Origin: Chlorokybus atmophyticus | Lineage: Eukaryota > Plantae > Mesostigma and Chlorokybus algae | Assembly (NCBI GenBank): GCA_009103225.1 | Contig: RHPI01000810.1 | Location: 1,614,132 to 1,678,131, forward strand | DNA: 64,000 nucleotides | Direction: 5' to 3' | Part shown: positions 13,169-25,935 of the stretch, piece after piece | How the letters are laid out: every line of letters begins with the position of its first letter | How positions within the stretch are numbered: the stretch's first letter is position 1 | The notes under the pieces: generated by a model | Told to the model about the DNA's origin: nothing | Seen by the model: only the letters and a program-made list of their open reading frames with translations | Database searches by the model: none | Program-made: the position numbers and the translations under genes

Positions 13169-13834
13169 GGTGGTTGAGGATTGAAGTTGTAGAAAGGATT
13201 GCGTCGCTGAGTCGAAGGAGGCGTCGTCCATCGTCGCCACAAGCAACAAAAGAGACTGCATATAACAGCAAGCATTGCGTATCAATTCATAGCTTTCGTC
13301 CATCAAGTACAATGCATACAAGATGTATAACAAGCAACAATGATATGATGGATGATGTGATTAAGCGAAGTGTATACTGTGTTGTGGTGAACAGTGAGCA
13401 GCCGTATTCAGCAACAACTGATACGAATGTATGAGTTGACACTGATGCTCATACTCACTTGTACAAACTCCTCCGCGCCCAGCATTCTCCTCTCACGCTT
13501 TATCTGATTATTACCATGTCTCTCCTCCTCCTCCTTGTTGGCCTCCTCCTCCATCCACGCCAGCACGCGTCGGCCGTCCGGGGACACGCCCGGCGGGGGA
13601 CGCAGACGCAAGCGGAGGAAGGAGAGAGAATTGGCCGCAGACACGCCTGAGGAGTATAATGAGGTGATATAGTGTGTGAGTGTGTGTTGGGAGACGAAGA
13701 CACAACATACCTACGTACACACCTTGGTCGTTGTCGCTAGCAAGGGCGTCATAGCACAGGCGAAGCAGGGCTTCTCTGTCCACTTCAACTGCCGTATCCT
13801 CCTCTTTATCCTCTTCCTCTACAGGCTGCCCCAT
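12986..13834 (-). CDS. Small protein with degenerate EF-hand-like pair; its stop overlaps the CYB5D1 start
   Basis: MGQPVEEE...LLRLCYDALASDNDQG/VSAANSLSFLRL...LGAEEFVQ/SLLLLVATMDDASFDSATQSF; phase-compatible GT-AG introns; TGA 12988-12986. Confidence 0.5.
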
Positions 13835-13895
13835 AGCAGCGGCCTCCTGCTCCTTCCCCTCCGCCGCCGCCGCCGCCTGGCGCCTCTTCAGCAAG

Positions 13896-14057
13896 CGACA
13901 CGTGTCGTGTCACGTGAGCAAAAGAGACTAGTTTTCCATCCGGCCATCTTGACTCCGATCAAGCGATCGGGTTTAAGAGCATTTACTCGGGGTTAGACGT
14001 TCTGGCTTAGATAGTAGCTTAACTGAGAGCTTAACCACACTGACGTGGCGACGTGTC
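13896..14057. promoter_or_regulatory. Cluster of ACGT-core (G-box/ABRE-type) motifs in a divergent promoter
   Basis: CGACACGTGTCG 13896-13907, TCACGTGA 13910-13917, ACGTGGC 14043-14049, ACGTGTC 14051-14057. Confidence 0.45.
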
Positions 14058-14131
14058 CGCGGCTTTACGTGTGCGCCGCGGCGTTGTGGTTGGCGGCGTG
14101 GTCGGCGGCGGCGGCGGCGTGATCAGGCCGG

Positions 14132-17100
14132 ATGGTGGTCGCATTGCAGTCCGTGCCTGCCGGCGGGCTGCTGGGAGCGAGCATCCCACAATTGCGGGGG
14201 AGCAGGAGCAGGGTCAGGGCCAGGCCTGGAGGCATCAAGTCTGTCGTGGCTGTTGCCGCCAAGCCGCCTCCTGCGGGCGGCAATGTCGCCAGCAACAGCG
14301 ACAGGAGTGTCAGTAACAAGAAGAAGGTCGTGGTGACGGCTGCGCCTCTGCCGCCCACAGTCAAGCAGGTCAAGCAAGCCAAGGCGGGCACCAAAGGGTC
14401 TACAAGCAAGCATGTGGACCCGTTCGTCCAGCTGGGAGACTGGTCTGGAGGCTGGCCTGGAGGCGAAAAGGGACTGCAATTGTGGGTAAGCATGACAAGC
14501 ATACACATACACATACACATTACACACAATGTCCTTCGTGACCATCGCAGCTGCTTACTTGAGGTAATTGGTGGACTAAGTGAGCCATCCTCTGCATGCT
14601 TGCCTACACACTTACACGCACACTTACACACATAATACGATTAGGGTTTGTGTGGTGTGTCATGTTGTATTGACTCCTATCGCAATTGATTGATCTATGT
14701 GTGTAAACAGATGCAGACGCTGGAGCTCAACCTGAGCATGCAGCCTACCATCTACACTCAGTAAGTTGATCGATTGTACACGTTCAATGTGTGTCACATT
14801 GTTTTTGTTCATTACACCCAACACCAACACCAACACCAACACAGGTACGATCCGGACATACTTGCGAATGCGATGAAGAAGCGGCGTTGGGACGTCACGG
14901 CGAGGCTCATTGAGATCGCCTCGTCGCTAGGGAAGTTTGCCACGTCGCTGCTGCTTGACAAGCAGGTGAGGTCTTGGTTGGGTGTGTGAACAGCAAGTGT
15001 CAACAAGTTGGGCTCAGTACACACACGCACGCTTGCACCCACTAACACATGCACACGCGTAGAGACGTACAAACAGAGACACACGCGCACATGTACACGC
15101 ATCCGCGCGCACGCACGTATGCATGCAAGCACACACGCACACATTACATGGCTCACATCCCTATTCCCCGTGAAACAACATTCAGATGGGTCAGCTCGAT
15201 GCGAACATCCCGTTGCGCGCGAGGCAGCTGCGCGACACGTTCGCAAAGCTCGGCCCCACGTTCGTCAAGGTGAGAGAAACACCCGCTTTGCATCTGCGCG
15301 TATGTGTGTGCTCACACCAACAACAACACTCAACAGACGGGTCAAGCATTGTCGGCACGGCCCGACCTCCTCCCTGCAGCATACTTGGAGCAGCTTGGCA
15401 CCCTGCAGGTGAGCACCTATTATAGTTGTTGTGTCATCTCTCATGACATGTTGTGTGTTGAACCCAGCTAAGTCTGCTTGTGTGGCACGTGTATAGGACA
15501 GGCTTCAGTCGTTTCCAACTCAGCTGGCGTACACGCTGATAGAGGAAGACTTGGGGAAACCGGTGTGTTGGGTTGTGCTCTTCCCTCTCACATCTCATGT
15601 GGGTCAAGTCATACTGACACATTAACACCCAACAGGTTGATGAGATATTTTCAGAGTTGACCGCGCAGCCCGTTGCAGCCGCCAGCTTGGGTCAGGTGCG
15701 CTGGTTTATGTTTCCTAGCGTGAGGCTGCTGTTTGTGTGCTTGTGTACGTGTAAAGTGAAGTGGGTGCTTCGTGACAGGTTTACAAGGGCGTGTTGCGAG
15801 CCACGGGCGAGACTGTCGCGGTGAAGGTGCAGAGGCCGGGCATCGCCGAGACCATCACGCTGGACATGTTTCTGGGTAAGTGCACTGGCGAGACACAGCA
15901 TGCATCAACCTCAACACATGTGTCTACACGCGCATGAAATGTGTATTTGTGTGTTTGTGTGCGCGCGCATGTGCGTGTGCGTGCATTGTGCGCATGCGTG
16001 TGTGCATTCATGCATGGGTGTGGGTGTCGGTGCATGTGCATGTGTGCACGCGTGCTCATTCCTGTTGGCTTACAGTGAGGCAGGTGGGAGCGTGGCTCGA
16101 CGCCAACACGGATCTGTTGACCACACCGCTTGTGCCGTTGATCGACGAGTTTGCGAGCCGGCTGTTTGGCGAGCTGGATTACATCCAAGTAAGTGTGACG
16201 CATTAACAACGCTTGTCTCGCACACAACCGTGTTGAGCTGTTCATGCCTTTGCCGGATGGTCGCTACGTCATGGACTTGTGTGCACGCACACACGTCCAT
16301 GTACCCACGCCTGCAGTCCATGCGCGAGCGTGTATGCGGTGGTGAGCACACATTCACATACACACTCACGCGTGCAGGAGGGGAAGAATGCGGAGAAGTT
16401 TGAAGAGTTGTACGGTTATCTGCCTCGCATCGGTGTGCCGAAGATCAAGTGGGCGTACACGTCACGACGCGTGCTGGTGATGGAGTGGATAGACGGCGTG
16501 AAGCTGACGGACCCCGCCGGCATGCGCGCGTATGGCCTCGACGTCGTGGACTTTGTCACTGTTGGCATCGAGTGCACGCTCCGGCAGCTTCTCGAGCATG
16601 GCTTCTTCCATGCAGGTGAGATGCTAAGAGTGTGCACGTCTCTGTGCATGCGCATATGTATGTGCGTGTACGTGTGTGTGCGTTGGCCCGTGTGGGCACT
16701 GATATATGTGCGTGTGCGTATGCGTGCATTGTTCGTGTCCATGTTGTGTTGACTGACATGATGTTGCCATCAGATCCGCATCCTGGCAACTTGCTTGCCA
16801 CAAAGGATGGCAAGCTTGTGTACTTGGATTTTGGCATGATGAGCGCAGCACCTCAATCAGCAAGGTCGGTTCAGCAAGAGTGGTCCATGTAGTGGGTGTA
16901 TGAGTCGACATCAGTCACATTCTAATTGGTATTGTATTTGAACAACAGGTATGCCATCATCGCGCACGTCGTGCATCTTGTGAACAGAGACTACGAAGCC
17001 ATGGCTCGCGACTACTACAAGCTGGACTTCCTGGCCCCTGAGGTGTGCATGCTTGTGTCCGTGCATGTGTATGCGCCTAGGCGTGTGTGCGTGGTTGTTG

Positions 17101-18238
17101 GTTGTCAGTGTGCATGTGCGCGTGCGCGTGTGTCTTGCTTGGTGCTCGGTGTGCTTGCTTTACTGGCATTACTCATGCGCAGGTGGACACGGCGCCAATT
17201 GTCCCGGCGCTGCGTGGGTTCTTTGAGGAGGTGTTCCGGCAGGGCGACGACGTGCAGACGCTCAACTTCAAGTCGATTGTGGATGGGCTCGGCGACGTGA
17301 TGCTGCAGTTCCCGTTCAACGTGCCCGCATACTACGCCCTCATCCTTCGCACGCTCACCGTCCTGGAGGGCCTCGCCATGTACTCTGATCCCAAATTCAA
17401 GGCAAGAGTTGACATCAATCGCTCAAACTTTATGGTCAATTGTTGGTTGATGGTGTGCGCGTGCGTGCGCACATGCGTGTGCTTGTGTCCCTGTAGATGC
17501 GCGGTTTTTGACAATCTGTGGTGTGTTGGTGTGCAGTTGCTTGCGTCGGCTTACCCTTACATGGCGAGGCGGTTATTGACGGACCCAAGCCCTGAGCTGA
17601 GGAGGTCTTTGGAGGAGTTGATACTGGACAGCAGGGGGAGCTTCAGGTGGAACAGGCTTGAGAACCTCATGCGCGAGGGCCGAAAGAGTTCCGACTTCGA
17701 CCAGGCGCAGCTGTGGCTCCTCGTGCACTGGCTCGTGTCCGACTCCATGCAGGGAGTGAGGAGACCCCTCTCAAAGGAGTTGGCTAAGCTCATTGACGCT
17801 GTTGGCATCCACACCACGAGGAGCACCATGATCAATGTATTGAGCACGCTGCCCGTCCCGCAAGAAGTCAGCGCCGCCATCATGCAGAGGATACCTCTCG
17901 ACCCGACTGATGACGCTGCGTACCAGCGTGCCAACTTGCTCTCCACATCCGTGTCGAGCGGGCTCGCACCCATCGACATGAGTAAGTACAACAACCCCGT
18001 TGAGGCAGCGATAACGCTTGCATCACAGCTGCCGGCTAGGATATCAGAGGTGCAAAAGGAGGTCGAGAGGTCTTTGCCGGAATTGCAAAAGCTCGTGGCC
18101 TCGCCTGGCACGGCTGAGTTGATTACTCAAGTTGGACAGGGAGTGCTGTCAAGGATGGCCGCACGTGCCATTCGAGCTGTGTTTGGGGGGCCTGATGATA
18201 AGAGGACTGCCGGCACTAGAGCGGAGACGCCGCTATAG
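14132..18238 (+). CDS. ABC1/UbiB atypical kinase (ABC1K family), probably plastid-targeted, about 14 exons
   Basis: LGPTFVK/TGQALSARPDLLP; PVAAASLGQ/VYKG; VAVKVQRPG; ELDYIQ/EGKNAEKF; LLEHGFFHA/DPHPGNLL; YLDFGMM; PFNVPAYYALILRTLTVLEGLA; Ala/Ser/Arg-rich N-terminus. Confidence 0.95.
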
Positions 18239-18602
18239 CAAGTAATGTTGTGGTCGGACTAGGTGGTATTTGTATCATTATGACTGCGATTGGTTTAGCT
18301 AGCATTTATTGTTGTCCTAGTATGTGGTGTGCAATATGGTACTTGCAGCACCTGTACATACGCAAAGACCGTACATAGTGGTACTGGTTTACGTGTTACT
18401 GTCGTTAAACATGCCCTTGCACGTCTGCAAAGTTGTGTGGCTGTATCAATCCAGGACCACAAGTCATATAGACAACTTATAGAATGAGCCACGATCCCAT
18501 ACTGAGGCAGTGCTAGCACCAATACCTATCTTGACAATATGCAATATTCTATGTCACAAGCTCATTGACTTTACCAATATGATTGCTAACACTCGCTAGT
18601 TT

Positions 18603-19810
18603 TCAGAAGTCCAAAAGGTTGATGTGAGTGCTGTTGGCAAGACCATTGCCAGCAGGAGCTGATACAGCAGCAGGCTGTTGAGTAGTTGGAGTGGCGCCCA
18701 TGCCCAGCCAGTCATCATGAATTTGGGGGGCTGCACTGCCTGCACAACCACAAGACACTGCTCTGATCATGCCCAACAAGCATGATGCCACATTGTGCAT
18801 GACCACTATCACACTACTGATGATGCTGCTTGTGAAGTATGTGCCAACCTGGTGTGGTGATAGAGGAAGCATCACTGCGTGTGTGCGCAATGCCACCACT
18901 TGGAGACTGCTGCAAGAAAACTGTCAACACAACTTCATGCTTGAAAAACACATATGCAGACGTTTCACATCAACGACCAACCTTCTTCGGGCCGAGTGGT
19001 ATCCGCATGTACTCCCCGGTGTCGATGTTCTTCACCAGAAGCACTTCTTCTTCCTCCTCACTCGCCGCGCTCGGCACCTCAACATCCTCAACTTTTGTAG
19101 CCTCCCTGAACGAATGTGACATTGATAACTCTTGTGTTGGTTCCGGGACAGGCGGCTGCTCAGGCTTGAGTTGCAAAGCGTCGACCAGAGCGCGATAAGC
19201 CGCCGTGGACTTGAAGCGTTCTTCCGGCAGTAGCGATGACAACGTGGATGTTGCGCTCGCGCTGTCGGAGTTGTGTATCTGGTAAGCGCACTGCTGCACG
19301 AGAGTGCTGAAAGGTGTGGCGTCGTGTGTTGGTTGAGGTGGCGGCGTTGCGGGGATGGGGCGATGGAGCGCGCTGGCAAGCATCTGGCGCACAGCGACAC
19401 GCAAGGCCTGGCCTTCCAGCTCCATCAAGTCCTGTACACCGCAAACATCAAGACAACAAGTACATGTGCTTGATGGTGCTGGTCCCATCAGAGCACTGAT
19501 GACAGCGATACACGCACCTGAGCTGTAGCCGCATCACTGCTTGTTACATCAGCGTCGCGCACAGTATGTGGGATTGGTGCTGTGTCTACGCTATTGGTAG
19601 CAGCGGCTGATGTCGACACAGCGCTGCTACTGAAGTCGCCAAAGTCGTCCCAATCATCATCATCTGCCGTCGCCATTGTGCCAGCACCCGCTGCTTCTTC
19701 ACCAATGTTGATGCCATCAATTGGTTGCCGTGCCACAGAGTTTGCTGCAACGGCTGAGGCTTCCGGCACGGCTGCACTGCTGCTGCTGAAGTCACCAAAG
19801 TCACCCCAGC

Positions 19811-19851
<41 letters not shown>

Positions 19852-22800
19852 ACAACATCAATATCATCTATATTGTCCGCTGTTGCTGCACTGTCGATGG
19901 CGGCAGTGGCTTGTGCGCTTGCCGCTCGAACGTCATCAATCTTCATATCCAATTGAGCCTGCGCTGGCTCTGACTCAACTGCTGAAGTGCTGCCAACAAC
20001 AGCGAGCGATGCCTCCGAGTCCAGCGGCGTTGCAACATCTGCTCGGGCTGTAAGGAACTCATCGCGTGCGCTTGTTGCAGTTGGTGGATCCTCAATAGCA
20101 CCTGCAGCTTCAGACTCCACCGCATCCTGAGCCAGTCACAACAAACTGAGCACGAGTGGGTTATGGCTGCCTCTCAGCAACAACAAACTGACTCATCAAT
20201 GGCACCTCAGCGTCAACTGTGTGCACATGGCTTGAAGTAACGCCGCTTTCACTGTTTGCCGCTTCTGCATCTGGCATTGCCATGCTAGCGTCACCAAAGT
20301 CGTCCCAGTCATCACCTACTGCAAAGGGCTGCAAGGGTGTGCCGGCCAATGCGGGTTCAAAGGGTTGTTCCACTGCGAGTGCAACGCCTTGCACGCCGTC
20401 TGTCAGTTGCATCAATCCTTCAGCTGGCATGACTGACGCTGTCTCCATTGATAATGTAGCTCCTGCGCGTGAATTCGAATATTGTGCAAAAGCATCGTCC
20501 TCGCCAGTAATGGTTGAGACAGCCTGCTTGTCCTCTGGTTCGTGCATCAAACTCAAGTCCCGTGCAGTTTCCCGCTCGTCACTGTCATCGGCACCACTCA
20601 ATGATGGCTTAGGGAACTTGTCATGCACCTGGTGATGGCCAGAGTTCAACGTATTAAGTACATATGACATTGTCACAAGCTGCAGTCAAATCAGTTACCT
20701 CTTTGGCAATGGTATCTAAGCTGTTCGTTTCGGCGACAGCAGCCGCGGGTTGATCGCCATCTCTATCATCGGCTGCAAAACGGCCAGTTGAAGCTGCCAA
20801 CAGTGCATCTGCTGATGATGCCGCTTCCATGCCGAGGTCGACGTCAAACAAGGCTTCAGCGCCAGCTTGACCAGCGTCATCAGCAGCAGAAGCTTCATCT
20901 GCCAGCATTGATGAAGCGCCCATCCCAAGGTTGACTTCAATCCCGGTTTTACCATCATCATCTCCCAGAGTGTCCTCTTCTGTGCTGAGTCCCGACCCAA
21001 CATGAGTCGGGAGAGTGGACACACTCTGCGTGAGTGGCTCTGCCTGACTTTCATCGCTCCGCAACCCATCCACATTGTTGTTAACTAGGATGTCTGCACC
21101 CTCGGGTGCCCCAAAGTCCTTTTCATTCAATGCTGTGGCGAGCTCCGGTTTGGACACTGCAACAACATCCTGACGGTGATCATCAGTGTGTGGGTTCTCC
21201 CCATTGACACGCGCCTCAGCAGAAGTCCAGAAGTCATCATCGTCTACGAAGGCAGGTGTGGCTTTGCTGCTGACCCCAATGCGACCCTCACCGTCAGGTT
21301 GCAGGCTGTCTTCAGGTGCGGTGTCAAGGTCCACTGCCACAAACTGTTGTTGTTGTTGTTGTTGTTGTTGTTCATCTTGATTGCCGCCGGTCGGCACGTG
21401 TATGCTTTCTGCTTGGTAGTCTACACGCCAGAAGTCATCATCTACGGGGTCGAGTGTTGTGGTGCCGAGTCCTGCAGTGGCACCAACGGCACCATCATCA
21501 CGGTGCTCAACGAGAATTGCTGTTGTTGTTGTTGTGCTGCTGAGCCCAGCGTGACCCTCGTCATGAGAGTGCAAGCTGTCTTCTGGCATGGTGCTGAGAT
21601 CCACTGCCACAAACTCTTGTTGTTGTGGTTGTTGTTCAGCAGCAACAACGACAACTTCATTGCCACTTGCCACTATGATGCTTTCTGCCCTATAATCACC
21701 ACGCCAGAAATCATCACCTGCAGGCACGGGAGCGGAGCCGAGTCCTGCACCGTCAGCGCCAAGATCCCCATCATCAGAAACTCCAACCGAGATCGTCGTT
21801 GTTGTTGTCATTGATGTTGGTGGTGGCGGTGGTGGTGGTTCTGCTGATGTGGTTGTTGTATCCGTTGAACCTCCAGCTCGCGAACACTCCTCATCTCCTG
21901 ACTGGAGCTCGACTGCAACAACAGGAACCTCAACGCCAGCTGATGATGATGTTGATGTCTTTGCTTCAGGTTGCCAAAAGTCGTCATCCTCCCAGATTGG
22001 TCTACTACTTGCGTTGTTGGGAGGCAACACGCTGCCACCCTGTTCATGTGCACCTGTGGTAGTAGCAACGTCCTCGCCGGTAACGGCCTCAGCGGACCTA
22101 AAGTCGTCCCACTCATCGTCATCATCATCAGCGCGTGCATCACCATCGTTGCCGTGCGCGGACTGAAAGTCGGCATCCCACGTTTCCTCATCGCTGAACA
22201 CAATCAGTGTGGGCTCCGGAGGCTTGCTGTGCACCTGTCGTGCATGCGTGCGTGTTGAGTAGACTTACGTGTGAGGATGTGTGCACATGGCAATGAGCAC
22301 TGACCGCAGCTGGTGCACTGATTGTGGAGGAGACACTGTATGTTGGAGTGAACAATGTTGTTGGCAAGGGAGGAGAGTGGTCGCTCCATGAAGTTGAAAG
22401 AGCGGGAGAAGAACAATGCCAGTCCTGTTGGTTTGCAGCAGTACAATTACATCCCAACAACATCTGCACTACACAGTAACAAAGGCAACAACAGCCCACG
22501 CAAGACTCACCCCAGATTGTGATGGTGTAGGTCTGTCGTCGGCACGCCCGCTCGACTCGCAGCTTTGAAACTCCCCAAACTTGTCCTCTTCGGAAGCCGT
22601 TTGCCTCTGCAAAACTCATTGTGCTTGAAGAGCATTCTACAAACACGGAAAGCGCACAGACAACAACACTGTACACCAACATCACAGCATTAGTTCTCTG
22701 GTTGCTAGCGACAGCTCTCTAGCTTATGCACTCACGCGGCCAATGCACAGCGAGGTGCAACATCACTAGTTGCAATGTGACAATGCATTATTGTGCAGCA

Positions 22801-23515
22801 GCAACAAAGCCAACTCTTGCGCCAGCAAACAGTGGAACATGACATACTATAGTAGTCTCAACCATTCACACTGGTAGCAAACCTCCAAGTTGACTTGTCT
22901 GTTGTGACTAACCTAATTGGTGATGTTGATTACCTGAATAAGCAAGTGAAAACTATGCTTGACTGATAGGCTCATTGGCTCTGTCGGCTCTGCAGTCACT
23001 GCCAACTATCTCAACTCACCGTCATGTTCAACTCGCTGTCGCTTGCCGCAGCCGTCCACCCCGCCCACGACGACGACAATGACGATGGCGGCAATGCACC
23101 AGCGGCGGTGGAGGTGGTAGGCGGCGGCGGCGGCGATGGTGCGCCGACGAAGTCCCCAAAAAAATCGTCGTCGGCCTCGTCCTTGTCCTCCTCCTTACCA
23201 GGTTCGCCGCCGAAGTCGAGCGGATCGAGGGGCGGTCTGGCAGCAGCAGGAGGAGGACGAGGAGGAGGAGGGTGATAACTACTACTACTGCTGCTGCTGC
23301 TGCTGCTCTGTGGCCAGGAAGGAGAAGAAGCTGGTGCTGATTGATTGGGTTCACGAGAGGGAGCAGCGGCAGCAGCGGCAGGAGCAGGAGAGAGGCGGAA
23401 GCCCCAGATCTGTGCGCCTGCGCCGAGCACGAGGGCGAAGGGGTCGTTCAGCTCCTCCTTGTGGTCCTCCTCCTTGTGCGCCTGCGCCTCCCGCCGCGCC
23501 AGGCCCTGTCTCATG
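18603..23515 (-). CDS. Large acidic disordered protein with repeated FGDF / WDDF / DDFW motifs (aftiphilin/synergin-like adaptor accessory protein)
   Basis: Long open exons (about 23515-23018, 22234-20700, 20640-20200, 20120-19520, 19440-18970, ending NLLDF* at 18603); motifs DDDFFGDF, EEDKFGEF, DEWDDF, DDDFW, GWGDFGDF, DDWDDFGDF. Confidence 0.7.
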
Positions 23516-23536
23516 CCGCCAGCAGCAATGGACGGA

Positions 23537-23545
23537 TTAGGGTTT
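23537..23545 (-). promoter_or_regulatory. Telo-box 22 nt upstream of the inferred ATG
   Basis: TTAGGGTTT on the plus strand. Confidence 0.45.
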
Positions 23546-25287
23546 AATGCGACACACGAACTTGTAACCGTCAAGTGGTGGCAGCGACACTGCCAGTGGT
23601 GGCCTTGCTTGCAGGTGGAGGGGCAGGTGGGGTGGAGAGACGCCCTCCACCCCTGTGCCTGCTCTGCCTGCGAGCGAGGATAAACAGCGCAGGCGAGGGC
23701 TACCCAGCAGGGGGAGATGTGTGCTTGTGCGTGTAAAGCAGTCCGAAGTGCTGCTGCACTCCTGCGAGATGGTCTCTGGCACAAGTGACACGTTCCTCGC
23801 ATTGCAACACACACAACACCCCACACACACTTACCTAACACGTCTCCACCACCGGGCTCAGTCACTTGCTTTGGTCATCCTGCCTACCTCAACACCACTC
23901 AGCGTACTATGCCAACTATTGCCCCACCCTGTCAGTCACGCATGCACAAGCAGCAATAGTGGACAGACTCACAACACATCAGTTCATGCGTGCACTTTTA
24001 TGCTTTGAATCTCTTTACACAGTAGTCACATGCACCGTCTTCGTGCACATACATTTGTGTACATATATTCCAACGCAGTGATGTGTTCATGAGGTATGGC
24101 ATTGAGGCAAGCAACACGCCAGTAACATGTAAATCCACAATAGGCAGCAGGCTGCAAACACTAAAGCACAACAACAACTACACAACTAAGTATGGGGCTG
24201 GGTACCTATGTGCAAATGCAAGGATACGCTGCACAGGCAACTCATGTAAGCGCGTGTAGTTGGTCACCTTCACTAGTGTACATGGTGCATGCTGTTGATC
24301 AATGTGCGCATGGAAAATTGCAGTTGCGCTTGCTTGCGTTGGTACTAATTGGCAGGCAACACTTGTAGGTTCCTGTGTTTGCAAGTGGCAGTAGCAGCAG
24401 ATATTGTTGTACATGTATTTCTGCACATGCAATGATGTGTCCTATGCACATCACTATGTTTTGTGCATGTATACATAATCAGGGATTGTTAAACAGTGAT
24501 TACTAATCACGTACACATAAGGACATTTAATTGCACAATCAATTCTGCCATGCACAGGCCGTCGTTATGTACAAAGTATTTGCGCATACAATTGTTGTGC
24601 CAGTGAGACTGGTAGCATGACAAATGCAACCAAGCAAGATCATCTCCATATTCACAACATGCAGGGGCAGGAGAGCAAGCGGCTCAGCCAAAGCCGTATA
24701 ACGGTTCTGAAACTTTATTCCAAGCAATGCACACAATTTGCGTGACCACAACACTTATCACGCAGCATTGAGTGCGTTGTGGCAAAACCGTGTAATAGCA
24801 GTCAAATGGGACACCAAGTTTTGACATTGCTTTGGCACATGTACACACACAAGGCTACAAGTTCGAAAAATGGCAATTGCAGTTACCTTGGTTGGGGCCA
24901 ATCACATTCGCATTATGTACAGCTTCTAGATGCTATACAAGACGTAGATGGGCAGGGACAACAACAGCAAGAACAGCAGCAGCAAAAGTGTACTGGATGA
25001 ATTTCTTTACAACATCAGCGGCAGAGTGTTGCAAGGTACTAGCAACTCTGTTACAAATGTGTGCGTGTAGTCGTGCGTGCGCGTGCTCAACTGCTACTGC
25101 AGAATGTACACTGAACCAAAAAAAGTCTCACTAACAACTATGTACTGCGCTGAGAGAGAGGAGACAGGCAGAAAAACCCCTGCATGTGCAAGAGTCCTGC
25201 TTTGCCCCTTTGCCTTCAGCAGCATACAACCAGCGCCAGAGCGTCCAGCTTGGCTTGGTTGTTATTGCATCCTCTGCTCAGCTGCTT

Positions 25288-25741
25288 TTACTTGTTGAAG
25301 CGAGACTTGGTGTCGTCCCACGCACCCTCTGCGCGTGCCTGTGTGTCCTTGGCAGCGCCGCGGGCGTCACGGCCAGCGTCGCGGGCGGCGTCGCGGGTGT
25401 CGCGGGTGGCGTCGCGCACGTTGTCGCGCACGTCACGGTAGGCGTCCTTGGCGTTGTTCTTAGCGCGCTTCACCTTGTCGCGGGTCTCATCGGGCTTGAG
25501 GAAGACGTACAGACCGAGGGCAACGGCGCCGGCGATGGCTGCGCCCAACACAATCTGCAAACGCAATGCACAAGAACGTCACACCAGTCTCTGGTCAACA
25601 ACACATGCCCAGCTTGGAAGGGTCGCACTCATGCACACGACATCCAGCTGCGCCAAGAGTGCGCATGCTGCAACGCATGCACGTACAAAGGAGAAAGCCA
25701 GCCCAACGCACCTTCCTTCCGGAGTCGTCGCTGCTCGACAT
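25288..25741 (-). CDS. Small LEA-like hydrophilin with N-terminal membrane anchor, 98 aa, exons 25741-25712 and 25554-25288
   Basis: MSSSDDSGRK/IVLGAAIAGAVALGLYVFLKPDETRDKVKRAKNNAKDAYRDVRDNVRDATRDTRDAARDAGRDARGAAKDTQARAEGAWDDTKSRFNK*. Confidence 0.8.
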
Positions 25742-25921
25742 TGTGACTGCCTCAACGAGTTGCTCAACAAGTTGAAGATGTACCGCCACTCGCCTGTTCA
25801 CGTCCTGTACACTTAGCTGAAACTGCCGCCCACAAGTAGCGCCCCAACACTGGCGCACACTGATGCTAGCCAATGGTGTTGAGAGAGTTGTTATATGGGT
25901 CTGCTGTGGATTAGGCCATAG

Positions 25922-25935
25922 GGCTGACGTCAGCC
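25922..25935. promoter_or_regulatory. 14-bp palindrome containing a bZIP C-box/CRE (TGACGTCA) upstream of the LEA-like gene
   Basis: GGCTGACGTCAGCC. Confidence 0.4.

Noticed and set aside
12642-13271. Poly-His/Gln N-terminal extension in frame with CYB5D1
   Set aside because: No ATG of its own and its acceptor phase does not match the upstream donor; kept only as an alternative in the bicistron finding
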